A stretch of 63,912 nucleotides of DNA, filler included, from Platydemus manokwari (Eukaryota), in assembly GCA_037951405.1 (NCBI GenBank). It is 5 parts of 5 records of this genome, joined end to end, with 100 filler letters (N's around TTAATTAATTAA, not from the genome) between each part and the next. Parts side by side here need not be neighbours in the genome. Positions count along the whole stretch, not along the records: positions 1 to 12,343 come from JBBMOY010177785.1; 4 more parts are not named here. The stretch is one strand, 5' to 3'. A model generated the notes under the pieces. It was given only the letters and a program-made list of their open reading frames with translations. It ran no database searches and was not told the origin of the DNA. The first letter of the stretch is position 1. Every line of letters starts with the position of its first letter. Made by a program: the position numbers and the translations under genes. This document shows positions 1 to 12,443 of this stretch, in pieces.

Positions 1-1259
1 CTTCATGAAATGTTGATCACTCATTGCTCGATCTAAAATTACCATAGAAACAATAGAAACATTTTAACTGAAACATATATATCGAATGATATTATTGTAA
101 AATGATTGGATATTAAATTATTAACTCACAAATATTTCCTGATTTATTTCAAATAAAATGATTGGCATAATCTATATTGATTCGAATAAACAAATCAACC
201 ATTTAACATATTTATGATTAAAATTAAATTTTATTTTCATTATGAGGTTGTCAAGGTGACTTGATAATAAAATTGGAATTTATTGATTTTATTTGAGAAC
301 AAACTTGAATAATTGCTAATTTCAAAGGGTTATTCGACGATTTATTCTGTTTTTTATAATGATGTTTTGAACCATTTTACGAGATTTATTATTTTTGACC
401 AACTTTTATTTGATACGTATCGATTAGAATTCCTTTTATAAATTTATAATATGTTAACTTGGATCAAAAAAAATTAATTTGAAATATATTTTTGTTTAAT
501 TAAATAAGCAAATCGATTCTGACTTTTTCGACGACTAATTGATTTTTATTTTTTAATCTAAAATAATATGTTTGAGATATATTTACCAAAATCATATTTA
601 TTTAAAATTAGATTCATTTGTTTCAATATTTGTTTTTAAAGAGATTTATGGTTTCTTAACTTTTCTGTTCTTTTGTAATGTGTACTGGTTATTGAAGTCC
701 CTGAAAATCATCGATAAATTAAATCGAAACCAACTTCTCATAAATCAGCAAACATAAAAACACCTTCAACATAATAATATTATTTAATAAATATCTAATA
801 TTATATTTTGTTTAATGTGCGGTTTTTAAAATAGTTGCGGCTTTTATTTTCCGGCCTTTATTTTTTAATCCTATGAGATTGACATTTTATCCGTAGTCCG
901 AGTCTAAGGAGTCTAAAATACCTATGTTAATAATGTAGTGGTACAAATTAGAGTGGTGAGTGTTTTATATTTTCCATTGCTTAGGGTAAGGTAAAGTTTA
1001 AAAGTTTTGCTTAATTCGTAAGATCAATAATGTATGCTCATCTTTTTAAATGATACCTAATAATTAATTCAAGTAAGAGCTTGATGTTTAGAAAGGCGTT
1101 GTATTTATATTTATGTTGATTTTAATATAATATGAAGAGAGACGTAGAAAGTTATTATGGTCCCTGAAGCTGAAGATTCATATTTCAGAAGATTCTTGGT
1201 AGTTCTTCTCAGTTTTAGTTAACGGGAAAATGTTGAGAAATAATGGAAATGTCTGCTTT

Positions 1260-1717
1260 GTTTTTTGAGCTTGGAGCACTGAAAAAAGATATAATGTTGA
1301 GTATAGACGAAAACTTGCGAAAGAAAAACGGTTAGCACTTTGAAACCCTTTGTTAGCACTTTAAGCATTTACATCTCTACACAACCATTCAGATATGGAA
1401 ATCAAATAATCCCAGCTATCTTACATGAAAAATTGTAACTCGAATAAAGAACCTAGCCTCGCAGTAACATACCACATACACAAAAACTAACAAGGCGATT
1501 AGAAACTTGAGTAATTAAAGATCAAATCAAAATGTTATGTAAAGGTGATACAGAAATTACTCATAAATCTCAAATATAAATACCGATATAAACATGGCCA
1601 ACTGTCTGTTGGAATCCAATTTTTGGCTGTACTTTTGAGATGCTCTGTTTTAGAGTCGCACTGATTAGTAAGTTTAACGAAATAAAGGTTTCAACCTTCT
1701 ATTCTTTGGTGTCAACA
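1260..1717 (+). mobile_element. LTR-like repeat (family A) followed by a PBS-like TGGTGAC at 1723
   Basis: Aligns by eye with 13325-13821 (e.g. AAATCTCAAATATAAATACC...ATGGCCAACTG, AATAAA, ends GTCAACA). The 5' boundary is approximate. Confidence 0.65.
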
Positions 1718-1873
1718 ATTATTGGTGACTTCAAAATAGTCACTAAAACCCCTTTTTAATTTTAAAATTTGTTTAATTACACCTGCAATTACGATGATAT
1801 TTTCGCAAATAATATTAGTTTTAAGAGTTGTAATAATAGGATTTTAATAATGCGGTTACGTTTTAATTATTAT

Positions 1874-2340
1874 TGTTGGATCCAAAAGACATAAAGGTTG
1901 CAATTTATATTTCACTCAATTTTACTAATCAGTATGTCCATAAATAACTCCAAAATTCTAAAATTCTCCATAAATCAAACACGGAAAAACTTTATAATAC
2001 TCGACTTTCAACCGATAGTTGGCCATGTTTACATTGGTATTTACATTTGAGATTTGCGTTTATTTCGTGTATCACGTTTTGATATGACCTTTTATTTATC
2101 AAATCTCAATTGGATATATTTTTTGTGATCGGGGTTGGTCAATCGCTATGAACGTTACTGCGTAGTTATGTCAATTTCCTTCTTTTTTTCATTCAAGTCT
2201 TCTCTGATTAGCGGTTTACTATATCAGTATTGTTATGTAAGTATATAAATGCTCAAAATGCTAAAATAATGGTTCCAAGGTGCAAAATCATTTTTCTTTA
2301 ATGAGATTTCATCTTTACTGAAAAATATATTGATTATGTC
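1874..2340 (-). mobile_element. Second, inverted, diverged copy of LTR family A
   Basis: The reverse complement contains AAATCTCAAATGTAAATACCAATGTAAACATGGCCAACT and ends CCAACA, collinear with 1290-1717. Confidence 0.65.
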
Positions 2341-2899
2341 TATTTCTTACAAATTCTCGTTTTGTATTACTTTTGACTATACTATTATTCCGCACATGTA
2401 TGTATGCATGCATGGAAATTTTGAAAACAAGGGTTTCCAGGTGCCAATGTCGTTATTTTTTGGAAAATTACTCACCCCACGCATTGGGTATAAATATGAT
2501 GAAAATGTCTGTAAAATGAATGTAAAGATTTTATAAATCGATTTTATACATTAATAAAAATTATTATATATAAAAATTGTAGTTGAATATTATTTTGTGG
2601 GTTGATTTTTCAGTTCGTTTCAATGCGCGCTTTATAAAATAGTAGAGGCTTACAGATATAATTAAACGAAATTAGATGAATCTGAGATAGGCTTCAGTTA
2701 ATCAAAAGATTGCCAATAAAGAAGAATCTATAAAATGTTCAATTATAAAAATAGATTTGATTAAACTGAAGGTAGATTGCGTTAATATAAGAATAAATAA
2801 CTTCCGTTAAGGTGATAAAATAGATATTAAGTAATTATATTGTTAAAATACGATATTCGATTCAAAAACCATAAAATCAATTACCAATACTTGAGTAAA

Positions 2900-3832
2900 A
2901 TGGAAGAATTTAATATCCCACAAGAAGAATTATGCGAAAAATTACAAACCGATATTCTTAATGGACTGACTCAAGAACAATCTAAAGAAAGATTAAAACA
3001 GAATGGTTTCAACCATTTCCAATTCTTGAATAATAAATGGAGCTTTCATTATTTTTTCAAAGTAATTTTTGGAGGGTATAAATATTTTATTTGGAATAAT
3101 TTGCTCTTCTGTTTAATTTTGCAAGGAATAGAATTATTTTATGAGACTAGTAACGAAGGAAACATTATGTATTTAGCTTATACTCTCTTGTTATTGATTG
3201 TAGTTGCTTCTATTAATACAATGTGTAAAAGAAACCTCAATTCTTTTATGTTAGAGCATCTTAGTAAGCTGATCAAGAACAAAGTAAAAGTCGTAAGAGA
3301 TGGGAAAATTTGGATAGTAAATATTAAAGAATTAGTTCGGGGAGACATTGTTGAAATTAACCAAGGAGATCTCATTCCTGCAGATATGAGACTGATTGAT
3401 TGTCACGATTTAAGATTGAACAATCTATTTTTAACTGGTGAAATGAAGAAGATAGAATCCAGTTTTAAGAAGTCAATAAATAAGAACTTATTCGAGTTGG
3501 AAAATGTTGGATTTTTTGGTGGCTTAGTTACAAAGGGAAAAGCACGTGGTTTGATAATTAACACGGGTAAAGACACCATGATGAGCAAAATGATGAATTA
3601 TATGATACATGGAGACTGGAATAAATGCATGATCCGAAAAGAGATTAATCATCTTCAATATCTTATCAAAATTAGCGGCGCTATCATGGCAGTTATTGCA
3701 TATGTAGTCTTTTTTGCAGCTGGTAAATCTGGAATGGAAGCCGCAATGTTCTTGTCTGGATATAATATTGCTTCAATATGTTTATATTTACAATTAAAAG
3801 AGTATAAAGAAACGGCTTGCAAGATGCAATAG
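2900..3832 (+). CDS. Truncated P2C (Na+/K+- or H+/K+-type) P-type ATPase alpha-like protein: N-terminus, TM1-4 and actuator domain only
   Basis: Motifs NGLTQEQSKERLKQNGFN, KVVRDGK, ELVRGDIVEINQGDLIPADMRLI, LTGE and GLIINTGKDT. First ATG at 2900, intronless. The ORF stops just after the TAKRM-equivalent (TACKMQ), before DKTGT. Confidence 0.8.
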   Translation: MEEFNIPQEELCEKLQTDILNGLTQEQSKERLKQNGFNHFQFLNNKWSFHYFFKVIFGGYKYFIWNNLLFCLILQGIELFYETSNEGNIMYLAYTLLLLIVVASINTMCKRNLNSFMLEHLSKLIKNKVKVVRDGKIWIVNIKELVRGDIVEINQGDLIPADMRLIDCHDLRLNNLFLTGEMKKIESSFKKSINKNLFELENVGFFGGLVTKGKARGLIINTGKDTMMSKMMNYMIHGDWNKCMIRKEINHLQYLIKISGAIMAVIAYVVFFAAGKSGMEAAMFLSGYNIASICLYLQLKEYKETACKMQ

Positions 3833-4211
3833 TAGATCATAAAATTAGAATCGTAATAATAAAAAATTATTTATGGTATTAACTGACTTATTTTTTGACT
3901 CTTAAAAATGTATTAAAAATTATTGGTAATGAATATGTCAAAACAAAACCGAAATGCACAGCCATTCTTTCAATCTACCAGTGACGTCGTAAATGTGGCC
4001 AAGCTTTACAACTTTAGTTGGTGAGTGTAACACTACTCGATAAGTGATTTTCTCTAATTATGCCGTTACTATAATTTAAATATAGATTTCATTATCAAAA
4101 TTCGCAACCAATAAAAGATATTATTTAATTTCACAATAAAATAGCAAGTAAAATATGAGTGTCATTTTTAGTAATCATTCCTTTGATATGGACAGGAAAA
4201 TAATTCGGAAA

Positions 4212-6179
4212 TTATTTCGGTTTCAATATCAATCCTAAACTTTTACAAAATCTTTTCAGATGATTTTTAGAGTTATAGGTAATTAATAATTTGATGTGCC
4301 GATCATCTTCTGGAACTTCTATCGAAGAATCAGAATCAATCTGAGCGATGTTGCATTGAAATTTTGAACACAAAAAATCTAAATTGTTTTGATTATTAAA
4401 GTACTTTCCTTTCAAAATCGATGCTGGACATCTTATTCTTTTTCTATGCTTCTTTTCCATGGATTTGCTTTCATTGGATATGCTTGTGAGATTACTTGAT
4501 TCAATCCAAATGGTTTCATTAAATGGTTCTGTTAATATACGGTTGTTGTTTTTATTTGATCCGCTTGATCCAAGAGTTACATCTTGTGTGGCAGAGCTTC
4601 TCATTCCCCAATCTGAATTTTCTACAGAAACTGAAACTGAAGTCTTGGTTCTTTGACTCGTTAAAGGATTAACTTTAATTTGAATCATATTTTTTCTGAT
4701 TGTCTTAAAATTATCGATTTTCTTCATTGGTAATTTCGTCGCATTGTATGTCGATTGGTCTTGTTCCATGTAAGAATTGGGGCCATTTCCTGAAGTATAT
4801 TTTCGATCATGATTTTGAGAAAGCATACGAACGGTCGGATCTATCATGCATTTAATAGAAGGAACTCGTCTGTTGGGATCAATCCTTGTATCCCAATTGA
4901 AGGATCCAGAATAGGATCGAAAGCGTTTGGTAAATGGTCGAAAAATTAAATTTTTCGCTGACCATTTGGAGGACGTTTTTGTTGGCAGACTATCCTTGAA
5001 AACAGCTGTTTCCATTATTCTTGGCATGATTTCTTCAATTATCGATAAAGCCCTGGCGATGTTTTCATAATTTGTACTGTGAATAACTATCAACCGATGA
5101 GGTAAACCGTTAATGAAAGTCATACTCAATGGATGCAATGCAATATGGCAATTACAGTTATTCTCAATCATTTGCAAACGTCTATCAAAAAGAAAATCAG
5201 CTTTTAAATCAAGAATGAGTTGTCGAATATCAAAAGGATCCATAAATTTCATAAGCTTTCTCAACCGATGTCTTTGAAATTGGTGGAGGCTGTTATCAAC
5301 TTCACTAGGGTATGTGTAAACGTAAAACTGAAAGCTTGAGTTAAATCCGTCAGGAATAGTTCTCATTTCATTATATTTTTTAGCAAGTAATTCAAGATAT
5401 AAGTATAAAGATTTTCCTTCATAAATTTCACCGAAGGATTTTCCATGTTTTCCAAATACATTGATTGGGGTCGAATTAGCAGAGTCTTCTTCACTGGAAT
5501 ACTCTTCTGAATTTTCTTTTAAGGAATTACTCAACTTCGTTTGATACATTGATGCAGGATTGCTTTCATAATGTCGTGATTTCCTAGTGATATTCCCCGC
5601 ATTTGTCGGCTCAACATAATCTTGAGTGTATGAACGCTTTAAATGACTTTGCATATAACGCGGTATTTCTTCTTCATCAAGATGTTCCATTTTATGTTTA
5701 TTTGAGTTACAGCAAGGTTTGTTTGTATTATAGTTTAATTTCAGCAAAAGCAGATTATTTTTTAAATCATTAATATTAGAGGGTTTCATTTTATTTTTAT
5801 TTTCTGCATTTTTATTCTGTAAAGCTTCAAGATTGGTTTTTGTGTTGAATTTTTTCTTCAATAAAAAAGCAGCTCTTTGAAGTTTTGTTTTCGAAACTTT
5901 CTTGTTGGAATCGTTTAGATTTTGATAATCATTTACTATATCCGATGGAATATTCGATACGCAACTTTTATTATCGGATAGCCAATTTATACATCGATGG
6001 ACAGGACATGATCTGTCAACTGGTGGTTTCCAGTCCGTGTGGAAGTTATCTTCCATTGAAGAAACATCATCATTGCTGTTGAGAGACACTAATGACGATC
6101 TCATCTGTGTTTCCAATGTCGATAATGTTACTGGAGTATTAAATGATAAATCATCGTTAGCTTTATCAAGTAATCCCAT
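4212..6179 (-). CDS. 655-aa protein with two divergent KH-like domains and low-complexity S/N-rich linkers
   Basis: Long intact ORF. RLQMIENNCNCHIAL...RLIVIHSTNYENIARALSIIEEIM and IRCPASILKG...LCSKFQCNIAQI...LLITYNSKNHLKRF follow type I KH patterning but lack GxxG. The ORF is well supported; the domain call is tentative. Confidence 0.7.
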   Translation of the reverse strand: MGLLDKANDDLSFNTPVTLSTLETQMRSSLVSLNSNDDVSSMEDNFHTDWKPPVDRSCPVHRCINWLSDNKSCVSNIPSDIVNDYQNLNDSNKKVSKTKLQRAAFLLKKKFNTKTNLEALQNKNAENKNKMKPSNINDLKNNLLLLKLNYNTNKPCCNSNKHKMEHLDEEEIPRYMQSHLKRSYTQDYVEPTNAGNITRKSRHYESNPASMYQTKLSNSLKENSEEYSSEEDSANSTPINVFGKHGKSFGEIYEGKSLYLYLELLAKKYNEMRTIPDGFNSSFQFYVYTYPSEVDNSLHQFQRHRLRKLMKFMDPFDIRQLILDLKADFLFDRRLQMIENNCNCHIALHPLSMTFINGLPHRLIVIHSTNYENIARALSIIEEIMPRIMETAVFKDSLPTKTSSKWSAKNLIFRPFTKRFRSYSGSFNWDTRIDPNRRVPSIKCMIDPTVRMLSQNHDRKYTSGNGPNSYMEQDQSTYNATKLPMKKIDNFKTIRKNMIQIKVNPLTSQRTKTSVSVSVENSDWGMRSSATQDVTLGSSGSNKNNNRILTEPFNETIWIESSNLTSISNESKSMEKKHRKRIRCPASILKGKYFNNQNNLDFLCSKFQCNIAQIDSDSSIEVPEDDRHIKLLITYNSKNHLKRFCKSLGLILKPK

Positions 6180-7510
6180 TTCTAATCAAATTTAAATGAA
6201 TTAAAATGTATAATTATATTGAATGCAATGACTATTAATCAATAGGCTAATTATGCTATACTCGTGGTAAAATGTTTAATTAAAACAAGGTAATATAACA
6301 TGAGACAAAGATGTGATACATTGAGTGAGGCTTAATCAATTAATTGATTACACTCGACTCAATGTCCTCCATTTAATTTTTATAAAAAATCCTAACTGTA
6401 GTAATTTCCTTGATAAATTTTTAGAATTCAAATTTGATGACAACTCTGACATCTCTTCAAATGCTACAAAAGAACACAATAAAAGGCCCCAATAGTCATT
6501 TATAATTATAACAATGCAATCTTAAAAATCTAAACCAAATTTGATTAGTTGTGATTTCAAGGCCACCGCGAACATGATGGGCTCTAATGCTAATAAAAAC
6601 CATTATTTTGAGTATAATGAATAAATGTACATATGATAAATACAAACAAATAAATACAGAAACCGTAGGATGGGATAAAAATTATCAAAGCAGCAATGAA
6701 CATAGTCATATCAATTAAGCCCATTCGTGAAAACAATAACCACACATTAATAGTATTTGATAACGAATTCAACAGCTTAAATAAAGGATGAGTATATCAT
6801 ATTTGGACACTCAATTCACATGACAAGATGGCCGATTATCCTCATTGTCTTTCAGATTAACTCATTTTTCGGTAAGTCATTTTTTATTTTGAGTATCCGT
6901 TGAGGAAAGAAACTTCTCGTAAATATCTACTGAGACAATTCCCAACTAAACGATTTGGAAATGTGAGGCAATTTCACCCAGACAAAAGCACCGCTTTTCT
7001 TCCTACTCCATAACCTAAATCAATAACGTTTCAATCTTTCAAATAATCGGGTTCAATTAATCCACATCTTAACTTTGTTAAAAAAGCATTTAGGTTACGC
7101 CTTTCATATTTAATAGTAATGTGAGTTCTATGATGCCGGTTGAAGTGCAATGTCAATCGGACAGGTGTGTGAATTATAAAAAATCAAAATAAAAGACAAA
7201 ATATGAATTAAGAATCTCCTATTAAGATAAACAATGATATACACCTTTAACTAATATGGTACATAAGGAATCTAATATGATTCCCATTTAAATACTATAT
7301 ACTAGTCAATAAAAAGTATCTCAGTCAAGCAAACTTAATTTACTGATCGAATAATTTAACAACAAGCACGTTAAAGAAAGATGGGTCAATGAGGAAAGGT
7401 TCCAATGTCCAGCCTCCTTTTGGTTAATGTACTAAATTTTTAAAATATGATTGATTTTAATATATGATTTCACTCCCAAAAAAAATATTGATATAAATAA
7501 CAAAATACTT

Positions 7511-7894
7511 TGTAAATGATTTATTAGTCACAACAATACAACTTTACCTCCAAAAACAGTCTAACACAAATTCTAACATAAACATAATACCGGCAGCTAA
7601 CATACTGGCAATTGACCATCTCGGTCTCATTATTTATATTCGTGTTTTGTGTGTTTCGCTTTTAATTGATTGTTTTGTTTATTGCATTTTCGTTTGATCC
7701 GACGACCAAAGGATGTGGGGATTAGTCAATCCCTATGCGTATCTCCTCGTGTAGTTATGCATCTCGTAAAATTATGATTTTTCTGTTTAACTCATCTGTG
7801 ATTCGTTGGTTGTCAAGCTCGTATGATTATGTAGGTGTGCCAATGTTTAAATATTTGTCATTCTCAAAATTCATAATCAACCTATAGTTCAACA
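7511..7894 (-). mobile_element. Possible solo LTR
   Basis: TGT...ACA termini, with AATAAA near the 3' end on the minus strand. No target-site duplication found. Confidence 0.3.
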
Positions 7895-8329
7895 TTTGGT
7901 TGCCCTACAGGGTGCTTTTCACGATATTTTGAGTTAGGTTGATAATAATATTCTTTTTAATTATTATTTATGTTTTTATAATCCTTCAGTTAAAATATAT
8001 TATAGTCTTTACATATACATGATTTCCACTATAAAATTCATTATTACGAAAGCATTTTTCTTTACTCTCGAAAGTCCGTCATTTAGAAGATTTTATTTTA
8101 AATTGATTGAAAATTCATTTAACGAATTCATTCATTTTAAATTCTTTATCTCTACTTTCTTTTTAATTTTTTATCATTTCTTCAAAGGATCAATAGTGTT
8201 TCTTTTCGTTTTTCTACGTCGATAAAATCTTATCAAAATATAAACAAATACAATTTAAAACATTTATTTGTAAAAATCGCATGTCAAATTATACTAAAAG
8301 TGTTAGAAAACCATAACAGAGCCTAAACA

Positions 8330-8830
8330 TAGTCTCCATCAGCTTCAATAACGCGTGTAAAATTTTGAAAACTCATTTGTGGACTTGGCGTCGATGTTGA
8401 CTACATATATTGGAAAAAATCGTTGCTCACCTCTCCTGAATTACTGAAATTTTCTCCACATCGGTAGCATTCGTAGTTCCTGAAGATAAAGCTATCCATG
8501 AGGTTTGTGTCGGGTGAGTAGGCCCTCTGCTTTAATAGAATAATGTTCTTCAAACCAAAGTCTGATTAACTGTGCTGCGTAAGGTCATGTTGGATGATCA
8601 TTTCCCAAGCAGGTTTTCGTGTTGAAAACTTTAAAATAAATATTCTGCAAGAATTGCAGGTATCTCTTAGAGTTGATGGATCCAGCGTCTTGAAGAATTT
8701 CGAAATAAATGAGTGATTTTCCATAGTTGCTGGCAACAGTGATATCCACCGTAACCTACAATATTAGGAAGAATCCCAAGAATTGCATCTTCGCTAACAA
8801 CAATGATAGTTGAAGGAATCATTAACCAGA
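8330..8830 (-). mobile_element. Decayed CMC/EnSpm-like DNA transposase fragment
   Basis: Minus-strand peptides NIVGYGGYHCCQQ, QLIRLWF and AKSTNEFSKFYTRY resemble, in order, the GYxGCxxC, LxxLW and KAxEFRxFLLY motifs of this superfamily. Stops are present. Confidence 0.4.
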
Positions 8831-11669
8831 AAAGCTGATATAAAAAACACCACTAATATAAATTTATGGTATTATGAAAAAAGAAACTCACACTCATAAT
8901 CTATAGACAACATGTAGTCTTAGAACCCATTGTAATAAGAAAATCAATAAAACCTGTTATTAGAAGAAAATCACAAGAACAACAAGTGATATTCAATTGA
9001 CCCCATGAAGTAGTAAGAAACCCCTTGAATGAGATAACCTTGAATATAACATTATTAGGAGCATTAATTACCAGCTCCATCATCATAATAATAATGATTT
9101 TTGGCTACATCTTGTATAAAAAAAATACATTAAAGACAATCCTCGATCATGAGGGATTGATGTATAGCAGATAAATATTTTAGTAAAATAGGAAATTTTA
9201 ATTTTTTTAGTAACATTGAATGAAATCCACAATTGCTGATTCAACAATAAGTTGAAATTTAAATGTGATTCTACATTCCCAAGAAGATGGAACTTTTAAT
9301 ATCAAAGTGTAATGCCCAATCTACCCTTCAAGCCTTCTACCATCATTATTCAAAATCCACAATCAGAAATTACCATTAAACTTCATTCTGAGAAAATCGA
9401 TATAGAAGAGTTTTCCTCAGCCTTCATAAACCTATTACTCCAGAAACAACCAAATCCTCAAACAGAACTTGAGAAGATGTAATTCGAGTAAAAAACATTC
9501 CATATATTATAATGATGGAATTCATTGAACTCGATCAGCTCGATTCGGTGGAATTTCACAAACTAAATCCCTATATTACAGACAGTCCAGTTAAAATTTC
9601 TTTTAACGAGCCATAAAACAGCATGGTATTTATGTGCAAACCAAACGATATTAACCGATTCGAAGAGCAATTTTTTATGCATGTCCTAGATGTGAAATTG
9701 GCACTTGATAACAACACTAATTATCCAGTGTGAATAAGTCTGAAATTATAAAGGAAAAGTCATCATTGAGCAGAAATGTTGTCCAATGAGGAAGATTAAG
9801 CATCATTGCACAAATAAGAATAATATGGAGGAGCACTCTCCTTGTTAAGCTGTAAACTGAGAAGAGATAAGTCGGGAAATTATTTAACTAACTTATGGGA
9901 AGATTATAGTTGGAAATAAAATTGAAATTCTTATCCATTTTATGGAGGAAGTTATGGGTATCCAAGACATCAAAACTGTAAAGAAAATAATGAAAGAAAA
10001 TAGTAAATTTCCCAATGAGAACATCGAAAATACTTATGAGGAGAAAATCGGAAGAAAGATGATTCAGCTCGGAGAAATTAATGACGAAATTGAAGCAATT
10101 GTGGAAAAATATAAAGCCACAAATTAGAAATGGATTGACGAGGCAAGAAAACACTAAATGAAGATAAGAGATGAAGAGGACAGAATTTTGAGCCAAGAAA
10201 CAAGTATATTCGACTGAATGAAACGAGAGTTCCCCTTAGAAAAACTGTCATTTGAACCAGAAAGGTCTTGTGGGAGTTAAAATCCTATAAACAGCAATAT
10301 CTGGGTAGAAAGGTAGACGAATTTTGGAAGATGTGTATGAAGGAATTTCTGTAATTGACATAAAGCCGATATGTAGAAAAGGGGCAGGTAATCAACCATG
10401 ATAGTTTATGTTTCAGCGTAGAGGAAACTAATGTGGAAAAGTCACAACAAGAAAATTACGACTTCACTGAGCAGGACCATATTTTTCTCCAACAAATATG
10501 GTCGGAATCCGAGATAAAGGAAAACAAACAGAAGATCATACAAAAAACAACTATGACATTAATTATTGATCGGTGTTTATTGTATCGATATTGTGTTTAA
10601 TGTATAATGTAGCTTTTATGTTTAATTGAACTGGATCAATTAGACGTGTTAATATTTTCAGTTTTATCGAAACGTATTGATAATCTGACATCATTTTATT
10701 GCAACATTTTTCAGTACTATGGACTGTATTGGCTATAAAATAATATTTATAATAATCTAAAGAGAGGGTTTAAATATGTAAATTATATATTATGTAATAT
10801 TATAGTATTAATTATCAGAGAGGTTTAATTATTAAACCATAATTTTTTTGGATAATTTCATATACTGTTTATTTGAAGAGCAAAAGGGATTGAAATAGAA
10901 TTAAATCAATGGGGACGATAATTTTAAGTGTATCAAAATAAAATTTATTGGAGATATTATATGGTTAACTAGGGGAAGTATAAAAAGAGGGTAAAAATAT
11001 CAACACATGCACAAAAAATCATTCAGCATTAAACTTCATCGATTGCGTATAATCTTGGACAACGAGAACAATCCCCATATTTTTTCAGTTAGTTTTTCAT
11101 TTAGAAAACTACACAAACACCACATAAACATCGAATTTTCGCCTCATGAGACAATAAAAATGGGAAATTCACATACTTGCGAAATTCTAAGATTTCATTT
11201 CAAGAATGGGAAATACAAGCAGAAAATTGAAATAATCGTATTAGAGCAACAAGCATACCAGCGTACTCATCAACAAACTCATTATTATCAATAATTCCAT
11301 GCTAAACATTCAACGATATGAATAAATGGATTATTCGATCAAGTAAATGGTATACAGCCTTGTAACAGCTGACAACTTCGTACAGCCTTATTGTGTGAAG
11401 GCAATAGGTGTGGCAGTAGTGATATTTTTTAAGTAACTTAGTTATCAGTGTCAAATTGTAGAAAACTATAATTCTATGATTACGAATAATGATTTATGAT
11501 CCCTATATTATTAAGAACTAAAACTTGTTATTACAAATATTTATTAAAAATAACACAAATACATGAACTATTCTAACAATAATAAAATAAAATTACAAAT
11601 GGCTTTTAAAACTACAATATACATCAAGTTACACTTATAACGAAAAAAGAGACGGTTAACAAACTCCTT

Positions 11670-12140
11670 CTCTTGGAGCAGAACCAATACCTTTCAAGAT
11701 TTTTGAGCAACAAACTTTATAATAGAAGATCAATATTTTACCAGAAGGGATCTTACTCAAAGGACATATATGGAGTATTGCTCTTCTGCACTTGCAATCT
11801 TCTATTGTGCACTAGGTTGTCTTGGAAAATAACGTGTCTTCGTATAGCTGTGGCAGTGAAATTTTGTCAGCGAGAATTATGGAAGTTAAAGTTATGACCG
11901 TGTTGATTGTGACTGCTGTCTTATATAGGCAGTGGTGAATCGCTGGCAGATATTCTCTGCAATTAAATCCAATGCCAGTGAATTTATTATTTCCGCTGGA
12001 ATTTATTCACTAGTGAAGGAAATTCTCTCTGAATAAATTTTTTTCACAAAGAAAATATCTCTCGATTAAATTTGTCGAGTGATTATTTTATTCTGTAGCA
12101 GAATTTACATGCGTGAAAATAGATGACAATTTATTTGTCG
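11670..12140 (+). repeat. Dispersed repeat, homologous in inverted orientation to 53790-54300
   Basis: Shared blocks such as ATTTATTCACTAGTGA, AAAATATCTCTCGATTAAATTT and AGATGACAATTTATTTG match the reverse complement of 53790-54000. Confidence 0.75.
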
Positions 12141-12270
12141 GGCTAAATAAATGTCAAACTTCTTCCTATTTATCATGGTTAGATTAAAATTTTTGTTGTT
12201 GGGGAATTAATTATTGGGTTTCTCTTGAGAAGTTTATCAACTAATTATTAATATTATTATATTATTATTA

Positions 12271-12343
12271 TATTAGGTGTATAACCTTAAAATTTCGGTT
12301 TTTTTTGAAAAATATTTATTTATTTAAAGTACATTTTGCATAG
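12271..12343 (+). mobile_element. Tc1/mariner-like terminus truncated by the contig end
   Basis: TATTAGGTGTATAACCTTAAAATTTCG is nearly identical to the reverse complement of 41534-41560 and begins with TA. Confidence 0.55.
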
Positions 12344-12443
12344 NNNNNNNNNNNNNNNNNNNNNNNNNNNNNNNNNNNNNNNNNNNNTTAATTAATTAAN
12401 NNNNNNNNNNNNNNNNNNNNNNNNNNNNNNNNNNNNNNNNNNN
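12344..12443. other. Artificial contig linker N44-TTAATTAATTAA-N44
   Basis: An identical 100-bp spacer occurs four times and has stops in all six frames. Confidence 0.98.

Noticed and set aside
6541-6830. ISCDFKATANMMG peptide resembling a DNA transposase DxK...G motif
   Set aside because: Too short and degraded to assign.
12344-12443. Regularly spaced TTAATTAATTAA palindrome within N runs (four times)
   Set aside because: It is an assembly concatenation linker, not biological. No cross-linker synteny was inferred.
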